Source: Somniosus microcephalus
Taxonomy: Eukaryota
Direction of reading: 5' to 3'
Length of the DNA: 64,000 nt
Assembly: GCA_052327205.1 (NCBI GenBank)
Contig: CM126212.1
Coordinates: 187,798,001 to 187,862,000 of the forward strand
Positions 34,301 to 49,300 of this stretch are shown here, piece after piece. Below the pieces are notes generated by a model. It did no database searches. It worked only from the letters and a program-made list of their open reading frames with translations, and was not told the origin of the DNA. The stretch's first letter is position 1, and every line of letters begins with the position of its first letter. The translations under genes and the position numbers were made by a program.

Positions 34301-37300
34301 ATTAAATGATGGTAAGCATCTGAAGTATATCTCGCAGGTGGCAGCAGGTAGCTAGTATAATAGAGAGTAGAAGTGCTGGAAGGAGATGGTCACAAGAGAA
34401 GATGGAACTAATAAGGGGCTGCATGCAAGTATGGCTTGTGAGGGAACTTTAAATACAGGCTGCAGGTGGAAGAGGTAGAAAGCCATTGAAACACAGCATG
34501 CTGTGCATGCTGATTTATCATTCAATTTAAGAAGTGAGGGTGATTGGTTTGGGGGTTCCTTTGGCGGCTAAGAGAAGGAAGCAGTGGCAGTTCTCTTACA
34601 TTAGGTCATTGAACTTCTTTTGGCACAGTGTCGACCCTGTGAAATCCAGCACTTGCCATGAGTGGGTAGAAGTCCCGCCCCTCTGGCACAAACGCAATGT
34701 GGATGGCCCGCAGACTTTTGCAGCCAAGGACTTTTAGCCTTCTGTTGCCCTCCAAGATTATGACTGTAGACAAGGAGACAAAATACATTTTCAGCTAATT
34801 GAGCTATGACCAAACCAGTCATCTGTTATGTTGCTTGAGCTTGTTGGCCCTTGGGTTTGAGGGCATGAAGTGGGTTGTAACGAGGGAGCAATGGGGTGGT
34901 AGCCCAAGAGGAATCTGGTGAAGTCAAGGATGTCAAAAGTAGAAACAAGCAAACTATTGATTAGGCTGCTGGAAGGGTGTGTGCAGAGGAGATGATGGAG
35001 CTCCTTTAGGAAGGAGTCTGAGAGAGGCAGTCAAAGTCGGGGGGCTTGACTGGCCAAAGGAAAGGGCTGTAGTCCACCTGGCAAGATAGAGATTAACAAA
35101 TGTTTTCGATTGAGAGGAGGCTTTGGGGTCAAAATTCCAAAGTGCAGTCATGCCCAGCTTCAAGTAATTTGTAGAGTAGTTACACGCAACCATGGCAGGG
35201 ATTCTGACTCTCTTAAATGCACATTGTTCTATGCTAACACCAATCAGGGGGCATTGTGAGGAGGTACCCTCCACCAGTGGAACCCATAGAGGTGCACAGG
35301 TGCAGCCAGTTGTCATTCATGTCAGCATCGTTCTGTGCCATGACATAATGAAAGGTACTGCCTCATAAAGGACCAGGTCCAGAGTGATTATGGCATCAAA
35401 TAACCCTGAGACTGGTGTGGCCATTAGTTGCAAATGCGGGGGGGGGGGGGGGCGGCGGAGGGGTCTGTTCTATCTCTTGCAACTCTGCAAAAATCCACTA
35501 CCAGTCCTACTCCTTGAACTAGGACAATAATTAATAGTAGATCTATAACTAGCATGAAGAAGTTCACAACATACAAGGAGCAAATGTGGCAGCAAAACAC
35601 ATAAAACCTGTACACCACGAGCACCTCACTACATAATAAAGTTAATTCAAAGCAAATAGCAGATCAGCAATTTTACTAATGTCCAAACGAAAATTCTAAC
35701 GTCCAATTGCAGAGCGCACTGGAAGAAATAGCATTGCCACTCTACCACCTTTTTTCCCTCCTATCTCCCTTGAAAATGTTGTTTAACAGGAATATTAGAT
35801 TCCTAGTTCTCTCCAAACTTAAGTCTCATTATAGCTACCATGTCCTGTTTCTCCATAGTTAGGAATGCATCTAACGCTCTAATATTTTGGAACATTGACC
35901 CTTATTCTTTTACCTGATATTTTAATTTTTTTTTGATATTGTAATGATATCAGCAAATAGTGATGACATTTGTCTGTGTTTGATTACTTATGCCTTACAG
36001 CATATTTGTCTGTGTTTTTGATTACTTGTGCCTGACCAGCAGAGGTCATGTGAGAGACAAGCAGTCCAGAGGAGTTTTACTTTCAGTTTCATTCTAGATG
36101 CATCACAGCATAGTGTGTTCTGTAAAAAGCTGTAGAAAGTCTTGAACAAGACTTTAGATTAAACAACATTCTCTTTCAGAAATGAGTCTTTATTGAACTC
36201 AAAAAGAAAACAAAACAGATATCCCTTGCCCTTTCTACAACTATTTCTCACTAGCTCATAGCTCTTTTTCTTTCCCTTTCTCGATAGTATTTTTCTCCGA
36301 TATTATCTAAACCTTAGGCTTCTACTGCAATAGCTTTGTTAATCCTGCTCTTCCTCTCTATTCTCAATCCTAGACAGGGATGCTGAGAGCATGCATTAGT
36401 TAATTGCTGCTTTCTATCTTTAGTCCACCAATCTACGCATATTTACCTTATCGTAAAACCCCATAAACAGGAATATCAGCTCATTTTCAGCATCACCTGG
36501 GTGATATCCTGGCGGAGTGGATCGCACGACCATTGTAAAACCTGCCCGATTATCATCTCGTTTTTAATAGGATGTATATTGGGTGGGTTCTACAATGAAT
36601 GAGCGAACCATTCTGCCAGATTATTGCCCATGCGGCGAAGTTGAAAACGATTCCCATTGAGCCTAGTTGCACTCATTGAAGAAATGAACCACAAGCACAC
36701 ATCAAAGAAGTAAATGACAAACAAAATACCTGATTTAACAATAGATTTGATGGTTATTTTTTAGGGTAGAATTATTTTTAGAATTTTGATTTCCTGTGCC
36801 ATTTCATTACTAAATTCTGATAGTTTCTGTAAAGAAAACCGTATAGCTGAGTATTTGAGTGAACTGCGCGATTTAACGTAACTGGATTAAAACGATACCA
36901 GCAAAAAGAGAGAATTTGGCAGTTTGTGGCATATCCTCAGACTGTGATATTAAGACAAGTTTCATGTCTTGAGTTGTGCCTAAAATATCTGCTATACGGT
37001 GCATTGTTGAGATCTTTGGAAACATCTAGTTACAACTGTCATTAGCAGTTACAAGGTTACCACTTGAAATGTCATAAATATGTATGTTTCTTTCACTATA
37101 TGAGTTTTTCATCACTTGTACCATTGCTCATTCAGTCACCTGCTTGCTTACTTTTCCTGTCTCTCTCACTCATGCATGACAGCACGACGATCTTGGCCTA
37201 AGCCACCGCCCGCACTTCCACCCATAAAAGTGCCGCAAAACATTCTTAGTCAGAGAATCAGAGGCATGCCTAAACAAATACCAAGTACTGTTACAGCTTT

Positions 37301-40300
37301 TTATTTTAGTTGTTTAATTTTTTTTGTAGTTTGTTGCTTTTAAAACAATCGAGTTTTTTTTTTACTTAACTTGGTTATATTGAGTTTGTTACAGTCTGAT
37401 AGAAACTAATAAAAGAATTTGCTGTTTCATTTTTATGATTGGTTGAATTTCAAGTTAGAACCTAGAAAATAGTACTCTTGCCTTCTTTGTTGAGCATTTG
37501 GTGCACACAACATTCACAAATATAAATGTCAGCACAAACTAACAGTGTTGCTGCATAACATATTGCATGATGAGTTTAAGTGCTTTTAGTAAACAGTGTT
37601 GTACAGTAATATCTTTTTGGCAGTCAACAGTGCTCCAGTTAGATCTTTTCTTTGGTGGTCTATTTCTTTGTTTCAAATGCTGCCTTTTTACCTAAGGTTC
37701 TTTTGAAACAGTTGTGGGATTTTTAATGAAGCTCACCATTCAAATCCTCCTAAAAAATACCAGTAGATCAAAGAGAAAATTTAAGAATTTACAGGAATGT
37801 GAGATCTAACAGAATTTGGATTGCTTCCCGCACATTAATGTCCTACAGTATATTTACAATTCGTAGATTTATGGGATGTTTTAAAATCAGAACTGAGCAT
37901 GGGTTCTAACCTGTGAACTTAATCGGGGTAGAATCCTAGCTGGAGCATTGTACATCTTTGGTAAACTGGAATAAACGATATAGTATATTTTATCTAACTT
38001 TTTGTAAAATGTTTCTGTTAAGTATGTATTAGGTTAAGAACTTAAAGGATAAAAGTAGAAAGATTTAGAAATTGGCTTATTAAATGAGGGGGAGTGTAAC
38101 TTGAGGAAAATGTAGTTTGTATTATGTTACTCATTTTTAATACTATTCACCACAGAAAATGTAGAAAAGTTAATCACTCCCGCCAAAAAACTGGAAGATA
38201 CAATTCGTCTTGCTGAACTGGTTATTGAGGTGCTACAGCAAAACGAAGAGCACCATGCAGAGGTGAGTGTTGCACTTGCTAGATTACAGACTGAATGATA
38301 TGGTATGAAGCCATTTTAAGGATGTTGGCTCCTAATGAGATAAGATCAGTTTAATAATCCCTTGACGTCTCTCACCCTCAATCATTTTATATACCCTTAT
38401 TTACCTGGGGAGTAGATTTCCTCTAGTAGCTATAGTAGCAACATGATAAACATAGCAGGAACACGTCCTCTTGATTGGTATTTCCAGTGAAATCATAAAG
38501 CAGTTATTTTAGAATGCTTTTACAATCTTGCTCAAAATAACAAACATCTTTCTGCTATATTTAAGTCGCTAAAATATAATGACCAGATGAAATCTTACAC
38601 CTGGGAAGTTCTTCAATAATAAGATGATTTATATCAAAGTACCTGGGTCTAAACAAGATATGGGACTAGGTCTGGTCATTGACGGCATAAATTCCATTCC
38701 TTCCAATGGATCTTGTACAATTTGCACATGGATATTACCCAACTTGTTTAATCTCACAAGGGAGGTGAATCACCATGGTACAACTTCTGAGAAGATAAAG
38801 CTCTGTGAAAATCCTCCACGACCCCCTCACCACATGGTCTTATCAGCATGGCTAGCTTTAAAGATTTTAAGTGATGGAATAAGGATACAGAAGCTTCACT
38901 GAAAAGTTCACTATTGAAGTTCTTTAAAAACTGCATAGTTGAGAAGGCTACAACAGATTTAGAGTCAGCTGCTGTATGTCCATCACTAACGGTGCTGGAT
39001 TTAACTATTCTAAGCTGTTTCCAAGCCACAGTCTCCCTAGCCTCTCCCAATATCCCAGTGCTGCTTTAAAATTTCTCATGAACTTTGACATTGACCTGTA
39101 ATATTTTTTTCAAAGTTAAATACTGAAATAATTTCTGGGTAGAAAATAATTGGATCCCAGTCGCCTTGGTAGCCCAACACTGTTGGTATGTAGGGGTGAT
39201 TTCAAGATTCCAACACTTACAGGGATTCCATGTTGAAAAATCAGGGCTACAATGTTGTAGCTCTGTCGCCAGTACACATTCCCTTCAAACTTTTTTCCCC
39301 ATTGGGAGCACGCAATCACTCCTTATATCATTAGATAATCTGCCTGTGAATATAATGAAAGCAATGATATTAAACGCTAAGTACGTCAACAATGGGGTAG
39401 CATTCAAAACTGAAATATGTTGTTTGTTTCAGTAAAATCTCCCTCTTTATCAGACTGGTGTACATGATAATGGAATATGCTGCCTTTTACTCACTCTGTG
39501 TGTGAGTACATGTGTGAATTCATAGCTTCTGTACATATCACTTAAATTGATTTTTAAAGAAGTAAGCAGATTTAATTACATTACATTGAAACTTGTAAAA
39601 GGTATATCTGCCCTCAAGGATTTCTAGTGTGTCTGAAATGTTTCCGTCTGTTAAAGCTTTTATTTCATGTGAAATTAATTTGGGCATATTTTTCAAGGAA
39701 TTACTGAAATAAGTAAATTCCACAAAATGACCTCGTTCCTCATTGTCATAGCATCAAACATTTGTTATGTCATTGTTAAGTGTCTTTTGTTTTTAAATAC
39801 TTCTGAATGTTGCTTAATTTTCCAGTGTCACTGTCTTTGCTGTTTATTTATACATTTCTGTATTAAATTTTAACTTTATATAGAGAGTGTGTTCTTGTTA
39901 ACCTAAAGAAAAGAGTGTGAAACTGGAGTATTGAATCCATAGTGCCTTTATTATATGGTACAAAGATAATGCACCAGTCCCAACTAATGCTTGATTTGCA
40001 TATTCAAATTTCCTCCCTACTGTTCAATCAATGTTGGATTACTACAGGGAAAAGAGGTATGTGACTAATCTGAATGAAATGAGTCACCTCCCCATATGTC
40101 TCGTGCATGTCCTAAAGATATCATCTTTCCTAATGGGATTTTACCTGGGTCGTCCCTGCTCTTACTCTTGTTCCAAGCAGTCTACTACCAACTGCCGACA
40201 CAGTGCTTGTAAAACTGTTATTTGCAATGAGTAACAGAAATGGTTTTCTTGGGCTGGCTAAACAGCCTCTGCATGTACTGTTGGATGCTATATCAAGCAC

Positions 40301-43300
40301 TGGAGTTGCCTCCTACCACCATTCTCCACCCTCTGGAAAGTTCCCTGAGTCTACTATACTTGTCTGCGTAGATTTGTCTTTGAGTTCTAACTGTGTCTTA
40401 TAATGCAGAATGTAGCACCAGTTCATGTGGAACTGATTATGTTAAAATATCAGTTCTCAAATATAGAATCATTATTATGATGTGAGTCAGCACTCAGTTT
40501 AAAACAAAGTTTAAAAAAAATGTTTTTGCTGTTTCTACCAATATGAATATGGATTATGAGTCATGCATTCCACCATATTGTTGCAAGATTGTGTAATTTA
40601 CTAAAAAAGTGATTTGGATAAAGAAATACAATCCATTAGAGTATAATTCATGTAAGAACTCCTGACACAACTGCCTTGAAATTAGGCAGTTTGATTATTA
40701 GCATATGAAAAGGTTAGTGCCTCCATTAAGGTACTGCGCATAGGAACTTTATGCGAATGCATTAAGCTATGATTCCACTCCCATAGCAAAATAGCCCACT
40801 ATCATTTGCTGTATCGGATTACTAATGAAGAATGGCCACTTGGGTGAGGTACTGAAGACCGCCAGCAGATGTAGAACTGTATTTCAGTAAAAGTCAATAC
40901 CATCAGAAGGGGAGAAAAAGATAAGGAAAAACTTACTAAGATTTCTAATAAAAGGGCCATAGTGCTATGGTAATTGTTGCATGAAAACCAAGACAAAATT
41001 AAATAAATATTATGTTAAAAATATGCAATTCGTATAATTAAAATAAGCACTGCACCACATGTGGCATCGATACATCTTGAGGTAAATTTTCTAATATGCA
41101 TTTTGCTGGATGAGGCTCCCCACTAGGAGTATAAGTAGGAACATTACCATAGTGCAGAGTTGCTGTGACATCCCAAGACACCAACTCCGCAGCTGATTTT
41201 TCAGACCAAAGTCTGTCCATGGTTGTTTTAAATCTGAATCTGGCCAAATAAAGAAACGCCTAAACAGAGCATTTTCAGAACCATACAATGGTGGTTCCTG
41301 GACCCACCATAGGGAAGGAGGTGGCAGTAGGTGTGGTCAGTAATGGTAATAGCACTGTGGTGTCTCTCATGTAGAGAGAGAGGACCTGGTAGCAGAATCC
41401 TCGACCTCCATTCCACCATACTGGTTGCAGTTATGGCTGAGGCCCTCAATGGCGCACCTGTACCGATCTTTGGGGCATTTCTGAAGCACTGTCGGGATTG
41501 TTCTCTTTGCGCTGTTGGTGGCGTGTATCCAATGACAAGCTGCTGTGCATCTGCATCTAATGACACCAAACCTAGGGAAATGGGTTGGAGTTGGAGTGGA
41601 ATTGGAGGCGTGGGTGGAAGTCCCGCTCTGCCGGAACTCCATGCCGAAGAGGAGATTGCAGGGCATCATCTTTAGGTACAAATGCACCTCGGGGTTTGTT
41701 CTCACCTGTCACTACCTCATGTTTACGGGGCCTGTGTTTTTACGTCTTTTCTGTACTACCTACTTTCAATTTTCTGGCCTCCATATTTTGGATCACTCTC
41801 ATAGGTGTGTTCCAACTCCCTATGTCTTCAAGATCATCTACACTAGCCTTGATATATAGATAATTTTTTGGCAATGTGCCCCAGGATAATGAAGAGAACA
41901 ATTTTTGTTTAAAGTTGCTGGAATTATCCTACACCTCCATACAGTCTGGGCTGGATTTTGCCAGCCGAGACGAGTTGGGGGTGGGACTGTTGCCTTCCGG
42001 GTTCTAGTCCCGCCCCCAGCGACGTCCGATGCACAGACGCTATTTTCCCTTGGTTGGCCTTGTTAAGCCCGCCCTATGGGCTTGCCAGCCAATTAAGGGA
42101 AAGCTGGTGTCAGATGACGTCAGTTGATGATGCTTCAGTTGCCGGTTTTCTTAAAGGGACATGAAGCATTTATTTTTGACAGATGATTTGACAGTGTTTG
42201 ACAACATTGAGGTGCTGTCAAACACTGACAATCACTGTACAAAGGTGAGCCCTTGCACCCAGACTCTCCAATGACTCTCTTCTTAGGATAAAACAGATGG
42301 AAGCTGCAGGTGAGGGTACAGAAGCGATCTGTCACTTCTCCCAATGAGATGATGCCACATAAACACTTCAAAGCCTGTCACCTACAGAAACATCTAAACA
42401 CATTAAAAATGACTTTCCCAACATTTCCTTACCTCTGATACTCACCAGTGTCCCATTGCATCCTTCACACCACCTCTGCAGCTGTCATCTAAACACAAAC
42501 ATTACAACAGACCCACATCACGCCTCACTTACCCTGGCGGGGTTTCCTGACGTACAGAAGCCCGCGGCAGAAGGCTCAAAAATGGGAAAAAGCCTCTTAA
42601 CTGCCTGTTCACTATCTGTTAACAGGCAGTTAAGTGGCTGTAATCCTCTTCCCACCTCTACAATCAAAATAACTGTATTCCATGTAACTGAACGAATCAT
42701 ACAGTCTGGTTTTCTTTCCGAAATCAGTGTGGCTGCTCCTTTATGTTTTGCAGAAAACTGAACAAAACCTGAAACATCAGTATTCAGTTAAACCTTGATA
42801 CAAGATTCTGCCACATCTGGCTTATGTGGGCTGTGACTAGATTTAAAGGGACAGCTTTCTGTTCAAAATTAGACACCGATTCTACCTGGGAATATCAGAG
42901 GCCACTTGCCGCACAACCCCCCGAGATATCTGCGCTCCTCTACTTCTGGCCTCTTGAGCATCCCCGATTTTAATTGCTCCACCGTTGGTGGCCGCGCCTT
43001 CAGCTGCCATGGCCCTCAGCTCTGGAATTCCCTGCCTAAACCTCTCCACCTCTCTATCTTTCCTTTAAGATGCTCCTTAAAACCTACCTCTTTGACCAAT
43101 CTTTTGGTCATCTGCACTAATATCTCCTTATGTGGCGCGATGTCAAGTTTTGTTTTATAACGCTCCTGTGAAGCACTTTGGGATGTTTTACTATGTTAAA
43201 AGTGCTATATAAATACAGGTTGTTGTTGTCTTTTGCACTTCTGCTTTACAAGTGACCAAGCTATGCCACCTGTTGCAGGCTAATCTACAGACAATGTCAA

Positions 43301-46300
43301 GGAATGGGACAGCTCTTCCTGGGGCTGCCATGGTCAATACAACATTAAGCTTCTATGTCACAGGGTTCTTCCAAAACCCCATAGGGGACATATGCTGGAA
43401 ATGCCAGTACACAGTTGATTCCTCTAGGAAACAAGTGACTGATGCCATGTTTGTTGGGGGAAGCACCTTTTATTAATCTCCCAGTGGGAAGGAGACACCA
43501 ACTGGAAAGGCCTATTGACCACCCGACAAGCTTGCGAAGAGTTTCTGGTGTTTTATTTGTGATGTGAGGTCTGCACATATCAACTCCACTGTATACATTA
43601 ACAGAAAGGTGCTCCACTTTATGAATGTGCAGGCCTTTTCAAACCATAAAAATATCATCCTGCAGGATATTGCCTGTTATATGGAGAGCTACTGTGATGC
43701 TTTTACTCTGGAGCAGGCAACCGTGCCTGCATTATTTGACAGTCTGAGAGAATGAATAGATAGTTCTTAGGAGACTAGGGCTACTTTTTGTAGCCTGGCT
43801 AATAATTCCAACTAGAAATCCTCACACAGCATAAAATCACAGGTACAATAAGGCCCGTGCCACTGCCTAAATTACTGTGGAACACACCATCTTCAAGCAA
43901 TAGTTTCACTGTTTGGACTGTTCAGACAGGGTGCTGTATTAAATCCAGCCAAAGTCACCCAAGATCTGCTTGCGAGCAATCCGCATGGCATCTCTGATGT
44001 AGGTAAAGCCCACCGCCACCAGACTTCTTAAACGCTTCCCCAGACTGTGAAATCCAGCAGTGATAAAGTCCTGTATCTCAGTGTTGTCGGTCAGCGTTCT
44101 GATGAAGGGTCATCGACCTGAATCGTTAACTCTGTTTCTCTGTCCACAGATGCTGCCTGACCTGTTGCCAGTATTTTCTGTTTTGATTTCAGATTTCCAA
44201 CATCCGCAGTATTTTGCTTTTGTTTCTATGGATTAAATGATTTACTTCTCACTTGTGGAAGATTCCCTTGTGTGTTAGGTGTAGTACTAAATAGTATGTT
44301 TACAACCTAGGACACAGGAAATCTTCCCCAATGGTGATTTATTTTCAGTATGACTCACAGCTTAAGTACTTGAAACAGTCACACATCTATAGTAAATTTG
44401 TTCTACCCTTTATTTTTATGTCAGCGTTACTTATAATAAAAAATTATGAAATTGAATTCAACAAATCTGGTAATTTGTGGGCTAGCACCAGAAAATAACC
44501 ACAAAAGCCGCTGTTAAAAACCCAACTGGTTCACTAATGTCCTTCAGGGAAGGTAACCTGCCACTCCTACTGTTCTGGTCTACATGTGAATGCAGTCCAA
44601 CACTAGATGGTTGACTTTAATGCCTTTAGGGCAACTACGGATGTGCAATAAATACTGCTTTGCCTGTGTTGCCCGCATCCCAAGAAAAAATACAAAAAGA
44701 ATTATTATATTTTAAACATCACAGTTTTGGTTTTGAAACTCAGGGCACACATGTTGAAATAACATGAGATCTGACCTTTTCCTTCTCCCAAGGTACCCAT
44801 TATATCAGAGTGTCAGGAACTTCAAGGGCTGTAACTCAAAGATTCTATTGTAGCTTTTTGTATCTTTAGGATTCCTTGGAGCATAAAGCCCTTGTAAATG
44901 ATACACAGAGCTGCTGTTTGGACATACTGTCACAAAGTGGTGGGATGCAGGTTTGTGACTGCGAATGCCCACCTGCTGAGTTTCTGGTATTGGCTGTGCT
45001 GTCAGAGGAAGGCTTGGGTTTTACTAAAACGCTAAATACCAATCTTAGCTAGGTCATTGGCCAACAGCACTGAGCAGAGGTGAGGTATCAAACTGACAGG
45101 ATAGCAAGAGACTTGTTAGAGGTTCTAGTTCAGATTGTGATTTACAACCCCAAGCAGAGTTCCCCCACAGGGAGGGAGAGAAGGAGCTAGGATCGGAGGA
45201 TAAGTCACCAGATATTATACAGAGCTGGCAAAGGGCTGGGAATAGACCACCTGCCCACCCTCATTACATGCACTCTGGGGGGGCTGGACAAAGGAGAGAG
45301 GAGAATATACAAAAGGAAAAATAAATTCATGCTTCTATTCTGTCTGTGCGAACCTGGTTAGCTGTAGCTTTTTCATTTCCAGAAATCATTCGTAGGTCTA
45401 ATTCTATTAATGCTTCAAAAACATTTAACTTTTAAAACTTTGGCTTTTAAAATATCATGAGCATCAGAGTCCATGGAACAAGTATTTTCGATAAGCTAAA
45501 ACTTTCTGTTTTTAAAAAGTGCACTGAAGGATGCATACAGGATACTATAAATTCCCCACTGGAAAGGCGTAAATGGGTTTATTATCTCAACGTAAAGAAA
45601 GCTATTCCAGTGCCTTAATTCATTCCTGTTAGAAGATACCAACATTTTCTGGAGTAAAGTTTTCTCCCCTCATGCCTACTCTGAGCTCGTCTTGTCCAAC
45701 AAAAAGTTGCAGCTAACCAAATTTGAATCTATCAGGACTGGCTCCACCACTACTAACTGTACAAAGAGAAAAACTGGGTTTGCTAACCATTTCTGTCTAT
45801 CAGGTATTGTAAAATAAATTAGCCTACATCAGGATTGATCTATGGATTTGACTACCATTTAGGACGAAATAGAGAGGGATCCAAAATTGGACTTGTGTTT
45901 AAAACAAGATTGAGCAAATTTAAAATGTAAAATGCCCTTTTTAAAATGTCATTACGCTACATAATGGAATATCTTGACAATTGCTGCTATTAAATGTAGG
46001 TGACTGGTTATATTTGGTTATTGCAGTCACAACCAAGACAATTCTATTGGCCCAGAATTTACTGGGAAAATAACAGCGAGTTTAATGCTAATACTAATAA
46101 TATAATAATCGAACCTTTTGTTCCTTCTTTCTATTTTTCTTTCTGTATATAATTTGATTCTTATTCACCCGATTTCCTTCTCCATCACTCTTCTGTTTCT
46201 TTCTCTATCCTTAAATCTCATTGGTTAAGCAGATAGACTGTTGGTCCCATTGTCCCAGATGCCCCGCTGACTGTTAGCAGCTCGTACGTCCAACAGTTTG

Positions 46301-49300
46301 CAGCACAAAACATTCTCGAGCTGAAGGGTGAGGAAAACAATCTAACCAACGGGGCACGCCACGAGATGCCCCGCTCCAGCAAATTCTGGGCCATTTAGTT
46401 TGTTTCAGCTAGCTGGTGGTCCCGTGGTGCTCTTTGTCAGTTTGCCAAGCCACAAATTGGGAGAACAAGGTTTGATTCCCAGCCTTAGCTGCCTTTTCCA
46501 CTTGGGTTTTACGAAAACGCTAATCTACCAATCTTTGCTAGGTCATTGGCCTACAGCACTGAGCAGAGGTGAGGTATCAAAGTGACAGGATAGCAAGAGA
46601 CTTGTTAGAGGTTCTACTTCAGGTTGTGATTTAGAACCCCCTACTCCCTGACCATGGAGCAACATTACCAGAGACCATGGAAATGCGCACAGGCGCACAG
46701 TCACTCACTTGTCATCCCAGCTGGACTCCAGGGTGAGCAATCTCAGAAGACTACAAAAGGAGAGACAATGAGCATAAAATTCATTCCAACAATTATTTTT
46801 TAAACAAACAACCAGAATTTCAAATATATAATTTCATATTTATGATCAGCTATGAAAAATGTTACATTAATTAGTGTAATATCAGACCATAAAAAAAATA
46901 CAAAGCAATCTATGTAAAATGAAACTGGCATTATGTTGCCTCAGCATTATTGTATAAAGTTCCACTGCTGGCGCCACTCATGTTGCATGTTACTAGCCAG
47001 CAACAGATACACGACAGACATGCATGCATTTTAAACACATTCACATCTCAGGAACCCAGGATGTGAATGTAACCCCCAAAAATTCATTGGAAGCCTGCCT
47101 AAAAGGCTGGAAAGCATGCACAAGTCCTAGCTGCATGAATATTTGGAGTGCAAACTAAAAATAGCCAACCTACCTAAAGAAGCATTGTCTTGTAGTAAGC
47201 TGGTAAATGGCATGACTTCAGTGAGTTATTGTTAAGAGAACAACAAAAATTTGGATTATTTTACCTGTATATGTTGCCCAAACTGCAAATGATTATAATG
47301 TCCTATGTTGTACAAAGTTTGGGAAGACAGACTCTACTTCACTTCTCCATCGGAACGAATTGGATTGAGAGAGAGATTTAGAATACTTCTGTTATTGAGG
47401 CCTCATATCAGGATGCTTGTTTCTTTACAATAACTCCTTTGGTTCCATAATATAAACATCTACCCTATAGAGTTAGACCCAATCCAGATTACTACAGAGC
47501 TTTATGAAATGGTTGAGAGATTTTATTTGTATTCATTCTTTTTTTCCTCTGGCTTTGTCCTTCGAAGGCCTTTGCTTGGTGGTCAGATTTGATGGTTGAA
47601 CATGCAGAAACCTTCCTGTCACTGTTTGCGGTAGATATGGACACTGCTCTGGAGACACAGGCCCCGGACACCTGGGACAGCTTCCCATTATTTCAGCTGC
47701 TCAATGATTTCCTGAGGAGTGATTGTATGTATCACTTTTTAATAAAAAGTTTCATATACTGTTTTACCATTATTTTCTTGATTAGCTCTTAACTTTATTA
47801 ATTCAAGCCTCTATTACAATAAATCTTGATCAGTTTTGTTAAGCCCCAGCAGTCCACATGTAATGAGGTTTGAGAATGTAAGAGAGGATTAATAGAGTAC
47901 ACAGTGAAGTAATAGGCCTAGAAATTAGACCTGTACAGGCATAGAACCGGCACAACAAGGGCCAAATTTGAAGACCAACTTCATGCGCCCCTACGATGAC
48001 TGAAAGACGTCCAACCTGATACAGGAAACTTTGTGCTATCCGGCACCAATGGGACCGAGCTGCTGCCGTTCCCTCAAAACTGCCGAACACTCCAGAGTTA
48101 ATATTGAAACATACGGAGATTTTCATCTCCGTATCTGACAACAAACATTGTTGCTTAGCAACAGCTGCAGCTGCAAGCATCTGTAGCTGAAGCTGTTGTT
48201 ATAGCTACAGACCTTGCAGTGCTTGACTGGGGAAAAAAAAAGCAAAGAAAAGAAACGAAAAGAATAAAAAACAGCTCCTGATTTTTGCCAGTGGCTCGAG
48301 CTTGCCAGACGGTTCGCCTCCAGATAACTCAAAGTTTCCTGTATTGGGTGGGGCCATTTTTCAGGCAGCCACCCAAAACAGGGGTTAGGCCCTTTGCATA
48401 AGCTATTGAGGAGTCTAATGTTTTTTTCAAGACCCTTTTGAGAAATTGAGCTACTCTGAGAAAGCAGTCGCTGCATCTGCTCCACTCAGGTTTTCCTGCA
48501 TAGATAAGGCCTAGCAAGTGGCCACCATCAAAATGGTAATCCCCCAAAAATGTACATTTTGCTGTGGAGCCAGGAGGAACAGGAGTGCTCCAGCCAGCTC
48601 CACAGCATCCTGACTACTGTTGGCCGCAATCGTCTCTCCACCCCACCCCCCCCCACTGTCCTCCCACACCGCCCCCCCCCCCCCGCCCCCCTCAGCACTT
48701 ACCTGAGGTTGCTGCCAGAATTCATTCCCACAGAAAGGCAAGCTGCCTGTGGAGGTACAACCGGTGCCACAACTCACCCAGATTATTTAGACAATGCTTG
48801 AGGTCCATTTTCAGGCTGGCCTTGGGCCTCTCAGTTCAGGAGCGTGCTGCAACCGCATTGCCGCCTTCTCACCCAAAACCGGGTGCTGACAAATTTCTGC
48901 TCCATGGTGTTTATAATAAGCAGCTGATAACCCTAAACTGTTTACAAAAATGTCCTGTCTACCATTACCTAATGTTGTTATCAAACTGGCCTTAGAGGGG
49001 ATGCATCACACATTCACCAGATGGGTATAAAAGAAAGAAAGAATTGCATTTATATAGCGCCTTTCACGACCACCGGATGTCTCAAAGCGCTTTACAGCCA
49101 ATGAAGTACTGTCACTGTTGTAATGTGGGAAACGCGGCAGCCAATTTGCGCACAGCAAACTCCCACAAACAGCAATGTGATAATGACCAGATAATCTGTT
49201 TTTGTTATGTTGGTTGAGGGATAAATATTGGCCAGGACGCCGGGGATAACTCCCCTGCTCTTCTTCGAAATAGTGCCATGGGACCTTTTACGTCCACCTG

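Noticed and set aside
40409-40420. Possible 12-nt microexon (gcag|AATGTAGCACCA|gttcat)
   Set aside because: Weak donor and no recognisable homology; unsupported without RNA data.
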